From Candidatus Dormiibacterota bacterium (GTDB taxonomy: Bacteria > Chloroflexota > Dormibacteria > Aeolococcales > Bog-877), in NCBI GenBank assembly GCA_963804565.1, contig CAWDQV010000001.1, positions 1,558,643 through 1,622,642 on the forward strand: a DNA stretch of 64,000 bases, in the 5' to 3' direction. Below are positions 1 to 9,146 of this stretch, piece by piece (the first letter of the stretch is position 1; every line of letters starts with the position of its first letter). Both the position numbers and the translations under genes were made by a program. The notes under the pieces were generated by a model, which saw only the letters and a list, made by a program, of their open reading frames with translations, was not told the DNA's origin and searched no databases.

Positions 1-2192
1 AGCTCAGCTGCCCGCTCGAAGGCAGACTGAGCCTCCTCCGCCGCGGCGAGTGCGGCCGCCCGCTCCGCCGCCCTCACCAGCATGTCCCGGGCCTTCGCCT
101 TGATCTCGATTGCGTCGGGCGCGTCGGGGTCCAACCGCCACGCCTCCAGATAGTGCGAGGCAACCACCTCGACGATCTCCTCGGCGTCGGTGCTCCAAGT
201 CCGCTCCAGGTAGCCGGCCACCGCTAGGTGCTTGACCCGTCGATCCCTGCGGGCAAGGGTCTCGTAGGCAACTGTGCGCACCAGGTCCTGGAGGAACCCA
301 TACTGACCCCGCTCCGGCGATCGTGGGTCAGCCTGGACTGACAGAACCTCCTTGGCCACCAGCGATGCCAGGAGAGGCCGAAGCTCCGCCTCCTCCCTAC
401 CGGAGACGGCGGCCAGTCCCTGGGGCGTGAACGTCTTGCCCAAGACCGAGGCGTCCTGCGCCAGCTGCCGCTCCTCAGGGGATATCCCGTCCAGGCGAGC
501 CGCGATCAGAGCTTGCAGGGTCTCCGGCACCTCAAGGGTGTCGATCTCTCCGGACGGCCGATATGACGACCCTTCCTCGACCAGCAACCCCCGGTCGAGC
601 AGCATCCGAACCGTCTCGACGGCATACAGTGGGATTCCCTCGGCGCGGCCTCTGATCCGTTCGGCCACCGATTTGGGCAGCCCCGGGACCAGCCCGGTGA
701 GCAACTTGTCCATGTCCGCAGGCAGGAGCGGCTCCAGGTGTATCAAGGTGGCGTTCCGGGTTGAGGCGGCCAGACCTGCGGCCGGTGAGTCGGGCCGGAC
801 CAGACTCATCACGAAGAGGGGGTAGGCCCGGGACCACTCCATCAGGTAGGTGATGAACTCGAGCAGCGAGGGGTCGGCCCACTGCATATCCTCGAAGACC
901 ATCAGCACTGGGCTCTGCTCAGCCAGTCGCTCGATGAACAGCCGCCAGGCGGCAAATAGATCCTGCTTGTCCGGTGAGGTCCTGTCCTCCAACCCGATCA
1001 GGTGGGCCAGACGGGGAAGTACGAAGCGTCGGTCCTCGGGATCGGGGACGTATTGGTCGACCGTCGCTTGCAGCTTGATCAGCGCGGAGTCACGGTCCTC
1101 TCCCTCGAGGATCCCGGCTCTGCCCCTGACCATTTCGGCCAGAGCGAAGTAGGTGACGCCCTGGCCGTACGCCAGGCACCGGCCGCGGTGCCAGAAGTAG
1201 CCTGACATCAACCCATCCATGTACTTGAAGAACTCCCAGGCCAGCCGGGATTTGCCGATGCCGGCGATGCCAGTCACCTGGACCAAGTGAGCCCGACGGC
1301 CCTCGGTGCTGGCGTGGAACACCTCCTTGGCCAGCCTCAGCTCGCGGTCCCGGCCCACAAAGGGCGCCTCCAACCGCTCGGACTTGAGCAGCCCGCCTCG
1401 TCCCGCGACCACCCGCAGTGCTCGGAAGAGAGATACCGGCTCGGCCTTGCCCTTCAGCTCATAGGTGCCGGCTTCCTGATAGGCGATGGCAGCCTCGGTG
1501 GCCCGCTTGGTGGCCTCGCCCACCAGCACCGTCCCGGGCTGGCTCTGGGACTGGATCCGGGACGCCGTGTTCACCAGGTCTCCGGCCACCATCCCCTGCC
1601 CCTTGGCCCCCAGATTGACCGCAGCTGTGCCTGTCAGAACTCCTGCGCGAGCCGCCAGCTCGGGCGCATGGACTTCTTCTCCCAAGGCGGCGACCGCCTC
1701 CACCAGGTCGAGGGCCGCCCGGACCGCGCGCTCAGCGTCGTCCTCCTGGGCGACCGGGGCTCCCCACACCGCCATGACCGCGTCACCGATGAATTTCTCC
1801 ACCGTGCCGCCGTAGCGCTCGACCAGTTCCCGGCAGACGTCGAAGTACCGACTCAGCAGTTCGCGGACCGCCTCCGGGTCACGGGACTCCGACAGCGATG
1901 TGAACCCCACCAGATCCGCGAACAGGACGGAGACGACCCGGAGCTCCACCATGCCCGCCGATTCCGGCACAGCCGAAGCAGTGGGAGGCGCGGAGGTTGT
2001 GGGGGGCGCAGCTGTCGCACTCGGAACTCGTGCCATCGCACCGCTCAGCGGTGTACCGCACTCCCGGCAGAACGCGGCGACCGGATCGTTCGCGAACCCG
2101 CAAGCGGGACACGCGAGAGCCAGGCGATTTCCACACTTGTCGCAGAACTTGCTTCCGGGAGTTGCCTGGGCTCCGCAGCTAGAACAGACCAT
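1..2192 (-). CDS. Class III adenylate/guanylate cyclase fused to a P-loop (AAA/STAND-like) ATPase; 3' end runs off the window
   Basis: Absent from the ORF track because there is no stop in the window. My minus-strand translation from ATG at 2192 gives MVCSSCGAQATPGSKFCDKCGNRLALACPACGFANDPVAAFCRECGTPL (double zinc ribbon). This is followed by VSVLFADLVGFTSLSE...GTVEKFIGDAVMAVWG (cyclase core) and the P-loop VTGIAGIGKSRLAWEF. The frame stays open to position 1. Confidence 0.85.
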   Translation of the reverse strand, partial: MVCSSCGAQATPGSKFCDKCGNRLALACPACGFANDPVAAFCRECGTPLSGAMARVPSATAAPPTTSAPPTASAVPESAGMVELRVVSVLFADLVGFTSLSESRDPEAVRELLSRYFDVCRELVERYGGTVEKFIGDAVMAVWGAPVAQEDDAERAVRAALDLVEAVAALGEEVHAPELAARAGVLTGTAAVNLGAKGQGMVAGDLVNTASRIQSQSQPGTVLVGEATKRATEAAIAYQEAGTYELKGKAEPVSLFRALRVVAGRGGLLKSERLEAPFVGRDRELRLAKEVFHASTEGRRAHLVQVTGIAGIGKSRLAWEFFKYMDGLMSGYFWHRGRCLAYGQGVTYFALAEMVRGRAGILEGEDRDSALIKLQATVDQYVPDPEDRRFVLPRLAHLIGLEDRTSPDKQDLFAAWRLFIERLAEQSPVLMVFEDMQWADPSLLEFITYLMEWSRAYPLFVMSLVRPDSPAAGLAASTRNATLIHLEPLLPADMDKLLTGLVPGLPKSVAERIRGRAEGIPLYAVETVRMLLDRGLLVEEGSSYRPSGEIDTLEVPETLQALIAARLDGISPEERQLAQDASVLGKTFTPQGLAAVSGREEAELRPLLASLVAKEVLSVQADPRSPERGQYGFLQDLVRTVAYETLARRDRRVKHLAVAGYLERTWSTDAEEIVEVVASHYLEAWRLDPDAPDAIEIKAKARDMLVRAAERAAALAAAEEAQSAFERAAE

Positions 2193-2441
2193 CCGCGCCT
2201 CCGTCGCAACCCGCTACCGGAGTTGAATGGTATCCAGAGTGAGGTCGCGGTGGGACCCTCGAGGCAGCGGACCGTGACTCCGCGCTGACCAAGCTGCAAG
2301 CCGGCGGATCAGTTGAGCGGCTTCGCTTATCCTGGCGGGAGTGGATTCCGCCGGGGGAGATCGCGTTCGGAGTGGTCTGGGGCTGAGCAGCTTTGCCTCG
2401 ACTGCCTCCGGGGGTCAGTGTGGATCTGAGCCGACTCGAGC

Positions 2442-3065
2442 GTGAACGTGCCCGAACCCGGACGGGAGGCCGATCTCGAGGTACCTATCCTCACCGGCCG
2501 GCTAGTTCGGCTGGAGCCATTACTGCCTGAGCACGCGGACCGTCTCTTCGACACGGCCGCAGACCCTGAGATCTGGCGTTGGCGGCTCGCTCCACAGCCC
2601 AACAACCTCACCCAGATGAGCAACTTCATCTCCGACGTGCTGATTGGCAGCGGTCGAGACCGGAAGTCCTTCTTCGTCTCTCGTCTCATCGACGGTCGAG
2701 CGTTAGGCAGCACTACCCTGTACGAACTCGACCTGCGAAATCAAAGAGTTGAGATGGGCTGGACCTGGTTGGAGCGGTCTGCTTGGGGGCAGGGGTACAA
2801 CGAGGACCAGAAGTTCGTGCTCCTCCAGTACTGCTTCGAGGTGCTTGGCTTGAAGCGGGTTGGCTGGCGGCTCGACAGTCTCAACCTTCGCTCCAAGCAC
2901 GCGCTGGAGCGGCTGGGGTTTGTCTACGAGGGGAGGCTGCGTAGCCACCAACTCAGACCCGATGGGAGCCGGCGGGACACCCTGTGTTACAGCCTGCTGG
3001 CCCAAGAGTGGCCCGTGATCGGGCCCCGACTACTCGAGATGGTGATGGAGAGATCCCAGAGGTAG
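2442..3065 (+). CDS. GNAT family N-acetyltransferase (RimJ/RimL-like)
   Basis: 207-aa ORF with a GTG start. Typical Acetyltransf_3 layout: LTGRLVRLEPLLPEHADRLF...MGWTWLERSAWGQGYNEDQKFVLLQYCFEVLGLKRVGWRLDSLNLRSKHALERLGFVYEGRLR. Confidence 0.85.
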   Translation: MNVPEPGREADLEVPILTGRLVRLEPLLPEHADRLFDTAADPEIWRWRLAPQPNNLTQMSNFISDVLIGSGRDRKSFFVSRLIDGRALGSTTLYELDLRNQRVEMGWTWLERSAWGQGYNEDQKFVLLQYCFEVLGLKRVGWRLDSLNLRSKHALERLGFVYEGRLRSHQLRPDGSRRDTLCYSLLAQEWPVIGPRLLEMVMERSQR

Positions 3066-3085
3066 TTGCGGCTAGATACTAGCTT

Positions 3086-3934
3086 TTGGCAAAATCGTGG
3101 TCTAAGCTGTGTACGGCAGAAAACCATGGCCCTCGGCTGCTAGGAAGGCCGCAGCCCGACAGAGCCACGGGACCGACAGGAGTGGGTCCCACGAGCGACT
3201 GGGAAGAAGAGCAAATCGAAGAGTTCCATGAGAACCGAATTCTCGCCTGCCTGCCGACTGAGGACCGTGAGCGCCTCCTGCACAAGCTGGCGCCAGTCTT
3301 CCTCAGGGTCAAGACGGTGCTGTTTGAGCCGGGCCAGTTGGTGGACGCGGTTTACTTTCCTCTCGACGGAGTGATCTCCCTGGTGACCCCCCTCGAGGAT
3401 GGCGCGATCGTGGAGGTGGCGACCGTAGGTAACGAGGGGGTGGTCGGGGTGCCGGTAACCTTCGGGGGCACCCTAGCGGTACGGGCGATCTCCCAAGTTG
3501 CCGGGCGCTGTCTGACGATGTCCTCCGAATCCTTCCTCGAGGCGATCGCCGCCAGTGGCCCGATCAACCAACTGGTGCAGACCTACGTCCTGGCGTTGTT
3601 TGGGCAGATCTCCCAAGCCGCCGCTTGCAATCGACTCCATTCGAATGAGGAGCGGCTGAGCCGGTGGCTCCTGATGAGCCATGACCGGGTCGGATCCGAC
3701 AAGTTCATGATCACCCAGGACTTTCTGGCGCAGATGCTGGGCTCGCGCCGTGCGACTGTGACCCTATCGGCCGGCGTGCTGCAGAAGGCGGGGCTGATCC
3801 ACTACCACCGCGGGCACGTGGAGATTGTCGATCGCCAAGGCTTGGAGCGGGTTTCCTGCGAGTGCTATCGAGTCATAAAGACAGAACTCGACAAGGTCGG
3901 CGCCATCCCGGCTTACGCGAACGGCAGAGGCTAG
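3086..3934 (+). CDS. Crp/Fnr family transcriptional regulator (cNMP-binding domain plus C-terminal HTH)
   Basis: The translation has a beta-barrel region (VLFEPGQLVDAVYFPLDGVISLV...EVATVGNEGVVGV) and an HTH (ITQDFLAQMLGSRRATVTLSAGVLQKAGLI). The start is uncertain; GTG at 3181 would give a more typical length of about 250 aa. Confidence 0.85.
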   Translation: MAKSWSKLCTAENHGPRLLGRPQPDRATGPTGVGPTSDWEEEQIEEFHENRILACLPTEDRERLLHKLAPVFLRVKTVLFEPGQLVDAVYFPLDGVISLVTPLEDGAIVEVATVGNEGVVGVPVTFGGTLAVRAISQVAGRCLTMSSESFLEAIAASGPINQLVQTYVLALFGQISQAAACNRLHSNEERLSRWLLMSHDRVGSDKFMITQDFLAQMLGSRRATVTLSAGVLQKAGLIHYHRGHVEIVDRQGLERVSCECYRVIKTELDKVGAIPAYANGRG

Positions 3935-3981
3935 GCGAGAAGGTCCGCCCCGTCTAGAGGAACGCTCCACGGCCCCTGGTT

Positions 3982-4037
3982 GAGTCCGCAGCGACGGGAC
4001 ACCCGGTTTGAAGGCGAGCGCCCGTCACTGCGAACTC
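3982..4037 (+). terminator. Long imperfect stem-loop downstream of the Crp/Fnr gene
   Basis: GAGT..GCAGCGACGGG (3988-3998) pairs with CCCGTCACTGC (4021-4031)..ACTC. That is 10 of 11 pairs plus 4 outer pairs, with a 22-nt loop. It begins 48 nt after the stop and has no clear U-tract. Confidence 0.3.
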
Positions 4038-4782
4038 GTCGGAGCCAGTGTCACGTTGGCAGTTCATCGGCCCGGTGGCCTTGGGTCCTGCCAGGGGAAG
4101 GAGTTTGCGGGAGGGGAGAGGTCTCCCGCGAAGGGAAGACTAACCACAAGATATTTATTTCGTCGGTCCGCTGCCGTACGAAAGCGCGGAACTGCGCTCC
4201 CTGGCTATTCATTGAGCAAACAGATTAGGCGATCTGCGCGCGAAGTCCGCAGCGCGGTGAACTTCACATTGTTGCTTATGGCGAAATCGCCCGAACCAGA
4301 CCACCGAGGATGACGCCGGATCGTACGGATCCTGCTCGGTTTTGCTGGGTGGGTTCGGTAGCGTACCCAACTGTAGTTGTTCCAAAGCCAACTCTTGAGG
4401 GCGGTTTACGATCAACTCCTTGAGGCGCCTGATTCAAGTTTTCGCCACCGCATTCACGCGCGCGCCAACGGATCTGTGGCTGCCGCCATCATCGACGAGA
4501 GCGTACTTGGTGAGTTCGTACGGATCGTGCGGCGGTCCCGAGTGGTGCGGGCGACCGCAAGATCCGGTGAATGAAAGCCCAGAGTTCCCCTGGCAGTGTG
4601 ATCGTTGAGACTAAACTCGTCGAACTGCGGTCCGCCGTGGCACTTGGGTCGTACCAGTGATGAAACCGTGAAATTAGTCACGAATTAGTAACGGAACGTG
4701 GGCGCAAATCGTTGGTCGACTGCAGCTGCGCCAAGGAAAGTGACGGGGCCAAGCAGAGCTACTGTTAGCGCACGCGTATTGA

Positions 4783-5811
4783 TCAGCTCGGTGCTGGAGT
4801 TTCGTCCCGTTCGCCGGTGGAGCGCCCTCGTCTCTGACCGTGTCGGATAACCCGCGCTTGCTTCAGCGCGAAGTGCTGGCGCGCATATACGTAGGCGAAC
4901 GCTCCATAGATGGTCCCCAGCCCCTTGTCCGCGGCACGCTGCAGGACCGTCGCGGCTACCGCGATCTGAAAGGGAACTCCGACCACGATCAGCATGCCCA
5001 CGCCCGCCGCTTCGAAGCCACCTAGTCCGCCGGGACCGAGCGAAAGCGCACCAGCGATCGCTGCCACCGCGTAGGCGAAGGCAGCGGTGGGCCAACTCAC
5101 GCGGCCGGGATCGATGGCCTGTATTACCAGCCAGAACATGGTGATGGTTCCGACCGCCTGAATCGCGCTGACGGAGGACCAGGTGAGCGTGTCCCAGCGC
5201 CGGAGCAGGCTCACCGTGTCGTGCTGGAGCTCGACCACGTCGGGCGTGTAGCGATTGAGCACCGGCAGTCGCTCGACGAGTGCCACCACCTTCTCGAATA
5301 CCGGCTGAACGGTCAGGATCCCGGTAATGGCCAGTACCCCTGCTAATGCGACTGACACACCGACCGCAGCGATCGTGTGGTGGAGGGCTCCGGGCACGGC
5401 CGCGGCGATGAGCAGAACGGTGTAGATCAACTCTTGGACCGTGATAGTGGCGATCGCGGACCCCACCTCGATGTGAGCCACCTCGCTGACTAGCACAGCG
5501 CGGGTCAACTCCCCCCCGGGTAGCAGTCCCGCCGCCTGTCCCGCGAAATTGAGCACAACCGTGTCGGCGAGCCGCAGCCTCACGCCCACAGCAGTCAGCA
5601 GGGGCTGCCAGCGCACCCCCTGCAGGAAGTAGTACCCGAAGGAAAGCGCAGCGATGATCGGGGCGTACACCGGGTTGAAGCGACTTGCGGCCGAGGCGAA
5701 GTGGTCAGGGTTCACCGCCTCGACGAGGGCGACGACAACCCCCAACCCGATCAAATAGGGAAAGCTGGTACGCAGGCGCGACTTCCAGACTGCGGACCGC
5801 GAGCTGATCAT
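4783..5811 (-). CDS. Polytopic membrane protein, lysylphosphatidylglycerol-synthase-TM-region-like (UPF0104 / flippase-like)
   Basis: The ORF is 4783..5913. The hydrophobic multi-helix protein starts convincingly at MISSRSAVWKSRLRTSFPYLIGLGVVVALV (ATG 5811). It contains motifs such as NFAGQAAGLLPGGELTRA. The family call is from memory. Confidence 0.65.
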   Translation of the reverse strand: MISSRSAVWKSRLRTSFPYLIGLGVVVALVEAVNPDHFASAASRFNPVYAPIIAALSFGYYFLQGVRWQPLLTAVGVRLRLADTVVLNFAGQAAGLLPGGELTRAVLVSEVAHIEVGSAIATITVQELIYTVLLIAAAVPGALHHTIAAVGVSVALAGVLAITGILTVQPVFEKVVALVERLPVLNRYTPDVVELQHDTVSLLRRWDTLTWSSVSAIQAVGTITMFWLVIQAIDPGRVSWPTAAFAYAVAAIAGALSLGPGGLGGFEAAGVGMLIVVGVPFQIAVAATVLQRAADKGLGTIYGAFAYVYARQHFALKQARVIRHGQRRGRSTGERDETPAPS

Positions 5812-5979
5812 CGAACTCGCCCTGTATGGAAGTCCAACGCCCGTCCCAGCCCCCGGGACATCAGCATCAGTGCAGCCTAGCCGAGTACCGCGAGACGTCG
5901 CGCCTGCCAGCACGGACGACGCATTGCGACAGCCACGAATTCGCGTTGCGCCAGGACTGGGAATTCAAGCGGATGCGGT

Positions 5980-7005
5980 TCAGATCTCGATCAGAACCTT
6001 TCCGACAATGTTGTCCTCGACCGCGCGATGCGCGTCGGCGGCACGCGCCAGCGGGAAGCGGTGTATCGGCAGCCCGGCACCGGCACCGACTCGCAGAACT
6101 CCGGCCTTCACCGCGGACTGCACATCGGCTATTGCCCGTGCTTTGGCCGCATCTGGCTCGGTGTAAATCAGCACAAACTGATAGCGTGCATTGAGGACCA
6201 TGCCGGGCCGGATTTTCAGTGAAACCGCCTCGCGGTCGCTCGCGTAGGCGGCGACCGTCCCACGGGGGCTAAGGACCGCCTGGTCTAGCTCCGCATTGGC
6301 GCCGGGCGCCACTTCCACGATCAGGTCCACTCCCGCCGGCGAGATCTGACGAATGACGGGTCCCGCGTCTTGGGCGCGGTAATCGACCACATGGTGGGCC
6401 CCTGCCGCGAGCGCAAGGCCCCTCTTCTCGGGTGAGCTGACCGTGGTCAGGACCCGTGCCCCCGACCAGACTGCGAGCTCGATCGCTGCGTGGCCGACCG
6501 CTCCTGCTCCCCCAGCTACCAGAACCGTGCGGCCCGCCAGGGACGCCGGGCCAAGGTGATCAGGCCCCTCCTCGCTCACAGTCAGGCACCGATGGGCGGT
6601 GATGGCGGGGATGGCTAAGCTAGCCCCCAACTCCAGGGTGGCTCCCTCGGGCAGCGGAACCGCCTGCCTCTCAGGCAGGGCAACGAATTCTTGAGCTGTT
6701 CCATCGGCTCGCTGGTAGGCCGCCTCCCATAGCCATACCCGCTCTCCCACCCGGGCGGGATCCACCCCGTCCCCCACGCTGACTACGGTGCCCGACCCAT
6801 CCTGATTCGGTACCTGCTGAGGGAAGGGGGGGTCTGGCTGAGGTGCGTTAGACGCGGGGCCTCGGCGCGTCTTCCAGTCGGTCGGGTTTACTCCCGAGAA
6901 TGCGACCCGGACCAGAACCTCGCCCGGGGCCGGGGTGGGTTCGGACCGGTCGACCAGTCGCAGTACTTCGGGCCCACCGAACTGCTCGTAAATCACCGCT
7001 CGCAA
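5980..7005 (-). CDS. NADPH:quinone oxidoreductase / zinc-type alcohol dehydrogenase superfamily (MDR)
   Basis: Starts LRAVIYEQFGGPEVLRLVDRSEPTPAPGEVLVRVAFSGVNPTDWKTR. The Rossmann motif is VLVAGGAGAVGHAAIELA. The likely TTG start at 7005 is preceded by GGGGAGGA. The upstream 51 codons of the ORF look non-coding. Confidence 0.85.
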   Translation of the reverse strand: MRAVIYEQFGGPEVLRLVDRSEPTPAPGEVLVRVAFSGVNPTDWKTRRGPASNAPQPDPPFPQQVPNQDGSGTVVSVGDGVDPARVGERVWLWEAAYQRADGTAQEFVALPERQAVPLPEGATLELGASLAIPAITAHRCLTVSEEGPDHLGPASLAGRTVLVAGGAGAVGHAAIELAVWSGARVLTTVSSPEKRGLALAAGAHHVVDYRAQDAGPVIRQISPAGVDLIVEVAPGANAELDQAVLSPRGTVAAYASDREAVSLKIRPGMVLNARYQFVLIYTEPDAAKARAIADVQSAVKAGVLRVGAGAGLPIHRFPLARAADAHRAVEDNIVGKVLIEI

Positions 7006-7209
7006 GCCAGATCCTCCCCGAAATTCGCAGCCAGGGCGTCGCGTCTCTGACCTTCCCCGGCAACCCCCGCGGTCCCCTGCTTTGCAGGCTATCACGGCGC
7101 GGCTACCCAACCTGAGGAACCCGGGCGTCAGCTGCGGCGGGTCCTTAGCTCGTGGCATGGCAGCTCAACCGCGCTCCATGGCCAAAGCACGCTTTGAGAT
7201 GATCGGACG

Positions 7210-8049
7210 ATGGGTGTATGCGCCGCCGAGCATTCTTCGTCGAGCGCCACCGACCTGGCGCGGACCCGGGACTTCGTGCACCGAATCGAGCGTGGGTCAG
7301 CCACCGAAGTGGTCCCGGTGACAGGTGGATTCGCAGTCTTGAACCGCGAGTTCCCAAGCTCGTGGGAACACAACTGCCTAGTCTTGGAGCGCTTCGTCGA
7401 CCCGTCCCAAGTCATTCGGGAGGCCGATCGAGTTCTCGGTGGAGCGGGCCTCGGCCACCGGGCGATCGAGGTCGAGTTGGAGGGTCTTGACCCAACCTGG
7501 TTCGACCATTTCAGACGGCGCGGCTATCTGGTGCACCCATGGGTGACCATGGTGCTGCGAGGCGTTCCCGACCGCCACCCGCGCGTCCCCGTCGAGCGGG
7601 TCACGCTGGACGAGGTGAAGGCGGTGATGGAGACCGGCTGGCGTCGCGAGCTCCCGGGAGCGTCCGACGACACCGTCCGACAGCTAGTGGACCGTCGAGT
7701 CGTGACCTACCGGGCTTGCGAGGTCACCCATCACGTGGTCCGCGGAGCCGACGGCATCGCGGCGCGGTGCGATCTGTACCGGATCGCTCCGGTCGCCCAA
7801 GTCGAGAGCGTCGAGACCGAGCCGCATTGGCGCAATCGAGGCTTTGCCACGGCGGTCGTGCTAGATGCCGTGGGACTGGCTCGGACCTCAGGGTGCGAGC
7901 TAGTTTTTCTCATAGCAGACGCCGAGGACTGGCCACAGGAGTTCTACGGCCGGCTTGGTTTCGAGCGAGTGGGAGGCGGTTACACCATGGAGCTTCCACC
8001 CGAAGGAGCACCCGCACGAGTTTCGAATCCCAATGCCACCGCCCGATGA
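7210..8049 (+). CDS. GNAT family acetyltransferase (C-terminal GNAT core)
   Basis: The C-terminal region VESVETEPHWRNRGFATAVVLDAVGLARTSGCELVFLIADAEDWPQEFYGRLGFERVG is a typical acetyl-CoA-binding GNAT motif. Confidence 0.7.
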   Translation: MGVCAAEHSSSSATDLARTRDFVHRIERGSATEVVPVTGGFAVLNREFPSSWEHNCLVLERFVDPSQVIREADRVLGGAGLGHRAIEVELEGLDPTWFDHFRRRGYLVHPWVTMVLRGVPDRHPRVPVERVTLDEVKAVMETGWRRELPGASDDTVRQLVDRRVVTYRACEVTHHVVRGADGIAARCDLYRIAPVAQVESVETEPHWRNRGFATAVVLDAVGLARTSGCELVFLIADAEDWPQEFYGRLGFERVGGGYTMELPPEGAPARVSNPNATAR

Positions 8050-8138
8050 CGGCAGTCGACCGTGCACTTGAAGACAGGTTGACGGGAGCCACGGGGACGG
8101 ATCGCAACGCCCGCCTACCGCTGGGTACAGGCAGGAAA

Positions 8139-8161
8139 CCAGCAATTCATGGAATTTCTGG
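8139..8161. terminator. Hairpin between convergent genes (candidate bidirectional terminator)
   Basis: CCAGCAATTC-atg-GAATTTCTGG, 9 of 10 pairs. It sits between the GNAT stop (8049) and the ClpP-like stop (8180). Confidence 0.35.
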
Positions 8162-8179
8162 CCGAACATCCGGGAGCTG

Positions 8180-8818
8180 CTAACGGTCTACGATTCGAGC
8201 CCCGCTCCAGATGCGGTCGATCAAGTGGTACTCGATCGCCTCGTCGACATCGAAGTAGCGAGCACTGGTGAGGTCAATCTCGACGCGCTCGGCCGGTTGC
8301 TCAGTGGCCTTGGCAACCTCCTGGATGAAACGCTCGACCAGACGCTGGTGCTGATTCAAGGCCTGCGCAACCTGGGCTGCGCTTCCGTTAGCAGCCATCT
8401 CTGCATCTCGAAACCTCAGCCTGGAATGGACTGTCGCCTGCCGCAGCTGGCAGACTGCTAGCACCCCCAGCGCTGGACCTTCGGCCTGCCCGGTGCAGAT
8501 CGCCTCGACCGGTACCCCCAGCGCGGCGATGGTATCCATCACGGTCAGGGCAGCGCTGATCGTTCCATCCCCGCTGTTTAGCTGGATGCGGATCGGGTCG
8601 TCACCCACACCGTCTAGGGTCATCAGTTGGGTCGCGGCCGCGGTGGCGGCGAGGTCGTCCAGCCGTCCCTTGATCCAGATCACCCGCCGATCGAACATGC
8701 GGGCTTCCAGCCATTCGGCCATAGGCGGATCTTGCTGGAAGCCGCCCGGAGGACGGCCCGGTGCCAGCGGATCGTCCTCTCGGTCAGACCGGTCGAGAAG
8801 CTCACGGGTCGTGGGTCT
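8180..8818 (-). CDS. ClpP-family (S14) paralogue lacking the Ser-His-Asp triad (ClpR-like, predicted inactive)
   Basis: Aligns by eye to the neighbouring ClpP: RVIWIKGRLDD..IRIQLNSGDGTI..GQAEGPALGVL..RLRFRDAE..TSARYFDVDEAIEYHLIDRI. The Ser, His and Asp positions read Gly, Arg and Ser/Ala. The start is GTG 8818, which overlaps the XRE stop, or ATG 8722. The long 8956 start overlaps the XRE gene and was rejected. Confidence 0.75.
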   Translation of the reverse strand, partial: RPTTRELLDRSDREDDPLAPGRPPGGFQQDPPMAEWLEARMFDRRVIWIKGRLDDLAATAAATQLMTLDGVGDDPIRIQLNSGDGTISAALTVMDTIAALGVPVEAICTGQAEGPALGVLAVCQLRQATVHSRLRFRDAEMAANGSAAQVAQALNQHQRLVERFIQEVAKATEQPAERVEIDLTSARYFDVDEAIEYHLIDRIWSGARIVDR

Positions 8819-9077
8819 CACCTCGAGATTGGAGCCGCCAGTCCAGCTGTTGGTCCAGGGCCGCCGCGTATCTCTCCAGAGTGGAGAGTCGAAGGTCTGC
8901 GGACCCCGACTCGAGACGGGCCACCGCCGATTGCGACGTGCCCATGCGCGCCGCAACCTCAGTCTGCGAAAGCCCGAGACGGATTCGGCGCGCTGTCAGC
9001 TCCGAGGCCAGACCATGGCGCCGGGCCGCCATCTCGCCAAAGCCGGGGAAGACCGGTTCGTGGGTACGGCTGCCCAT
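8802..9077 (-). CDS. XRE-family helix-turn-helix transcriptional regulator (ClgR-like by context)
   Basis: 91 aa. The HTH is LTARRIRLGLSQTEVAARMGTSQSAVARLESG. It lies immediately upstream of, and overlaps, the ClpP-like gene, and is divergent from clpP. Confidence 0.8.
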   Translation of the reverse strand: MGSRTHEPVFPGFGEMAARRHGLASELTARRIRLGLSQTEVAARMGTSQSAVARLESGSADLRLSTLERYAAALDQQLDWRLQSRGETHDP

Positions 9078-9122
9078 CTGGCTCCCATCTATGAGATCGG
9101 GTCCGGCTCGTTATCTCTGCTC

Positions 9123-9146
9123 TGATATCTTATATTAGCGATATCA
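9123..9146. promoter_or_regulatory. AT-rich inverted repeat TGATATC-N10-GATATCA in the XRE/clpP divergent intergenic region (candidate operator)
   Basis: Perfect 7-bp arms. The spacer contains TATATT (9131-9136), a good -10 hexamer for the + strand. It is the only AT-rich stretch in the 103-bp intergenic region. Confidence 0.35.

Noticed and set aside
1287-2288. A 333-aa plus-strand ORF, and nested ORFs 1418-2226, opposite the cyclase gene
   Set aside because: The translation is Arg/Gly/Pro/His-rich with no recognisable motifs. The minus strand of the same interval gives a textbook zinc-ribbon, cyclase and P-loop protein. This is a shadow ORF typical of high-GC DNA.
8020-8040. A tRNA-like T-loop string (GTTTCGAATCCCA)
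   Set aside because: There are no complementary T-stem arms or acceptor stem around it. It lies inside the GNAT coding sequence. No tRNA cloverleaf could be drawn anywhere in the window.
8802-8956. A long start (8956) for the ClpP-like ORF, giving 258 aa
   Set aside because: It would overlap the whole 3' half of the XRE gene in another frame, and the extra residues look non-coding (RRAWARRNRRWPVSSRG...). The start was moved to GTG 8818 or ATG 8722.
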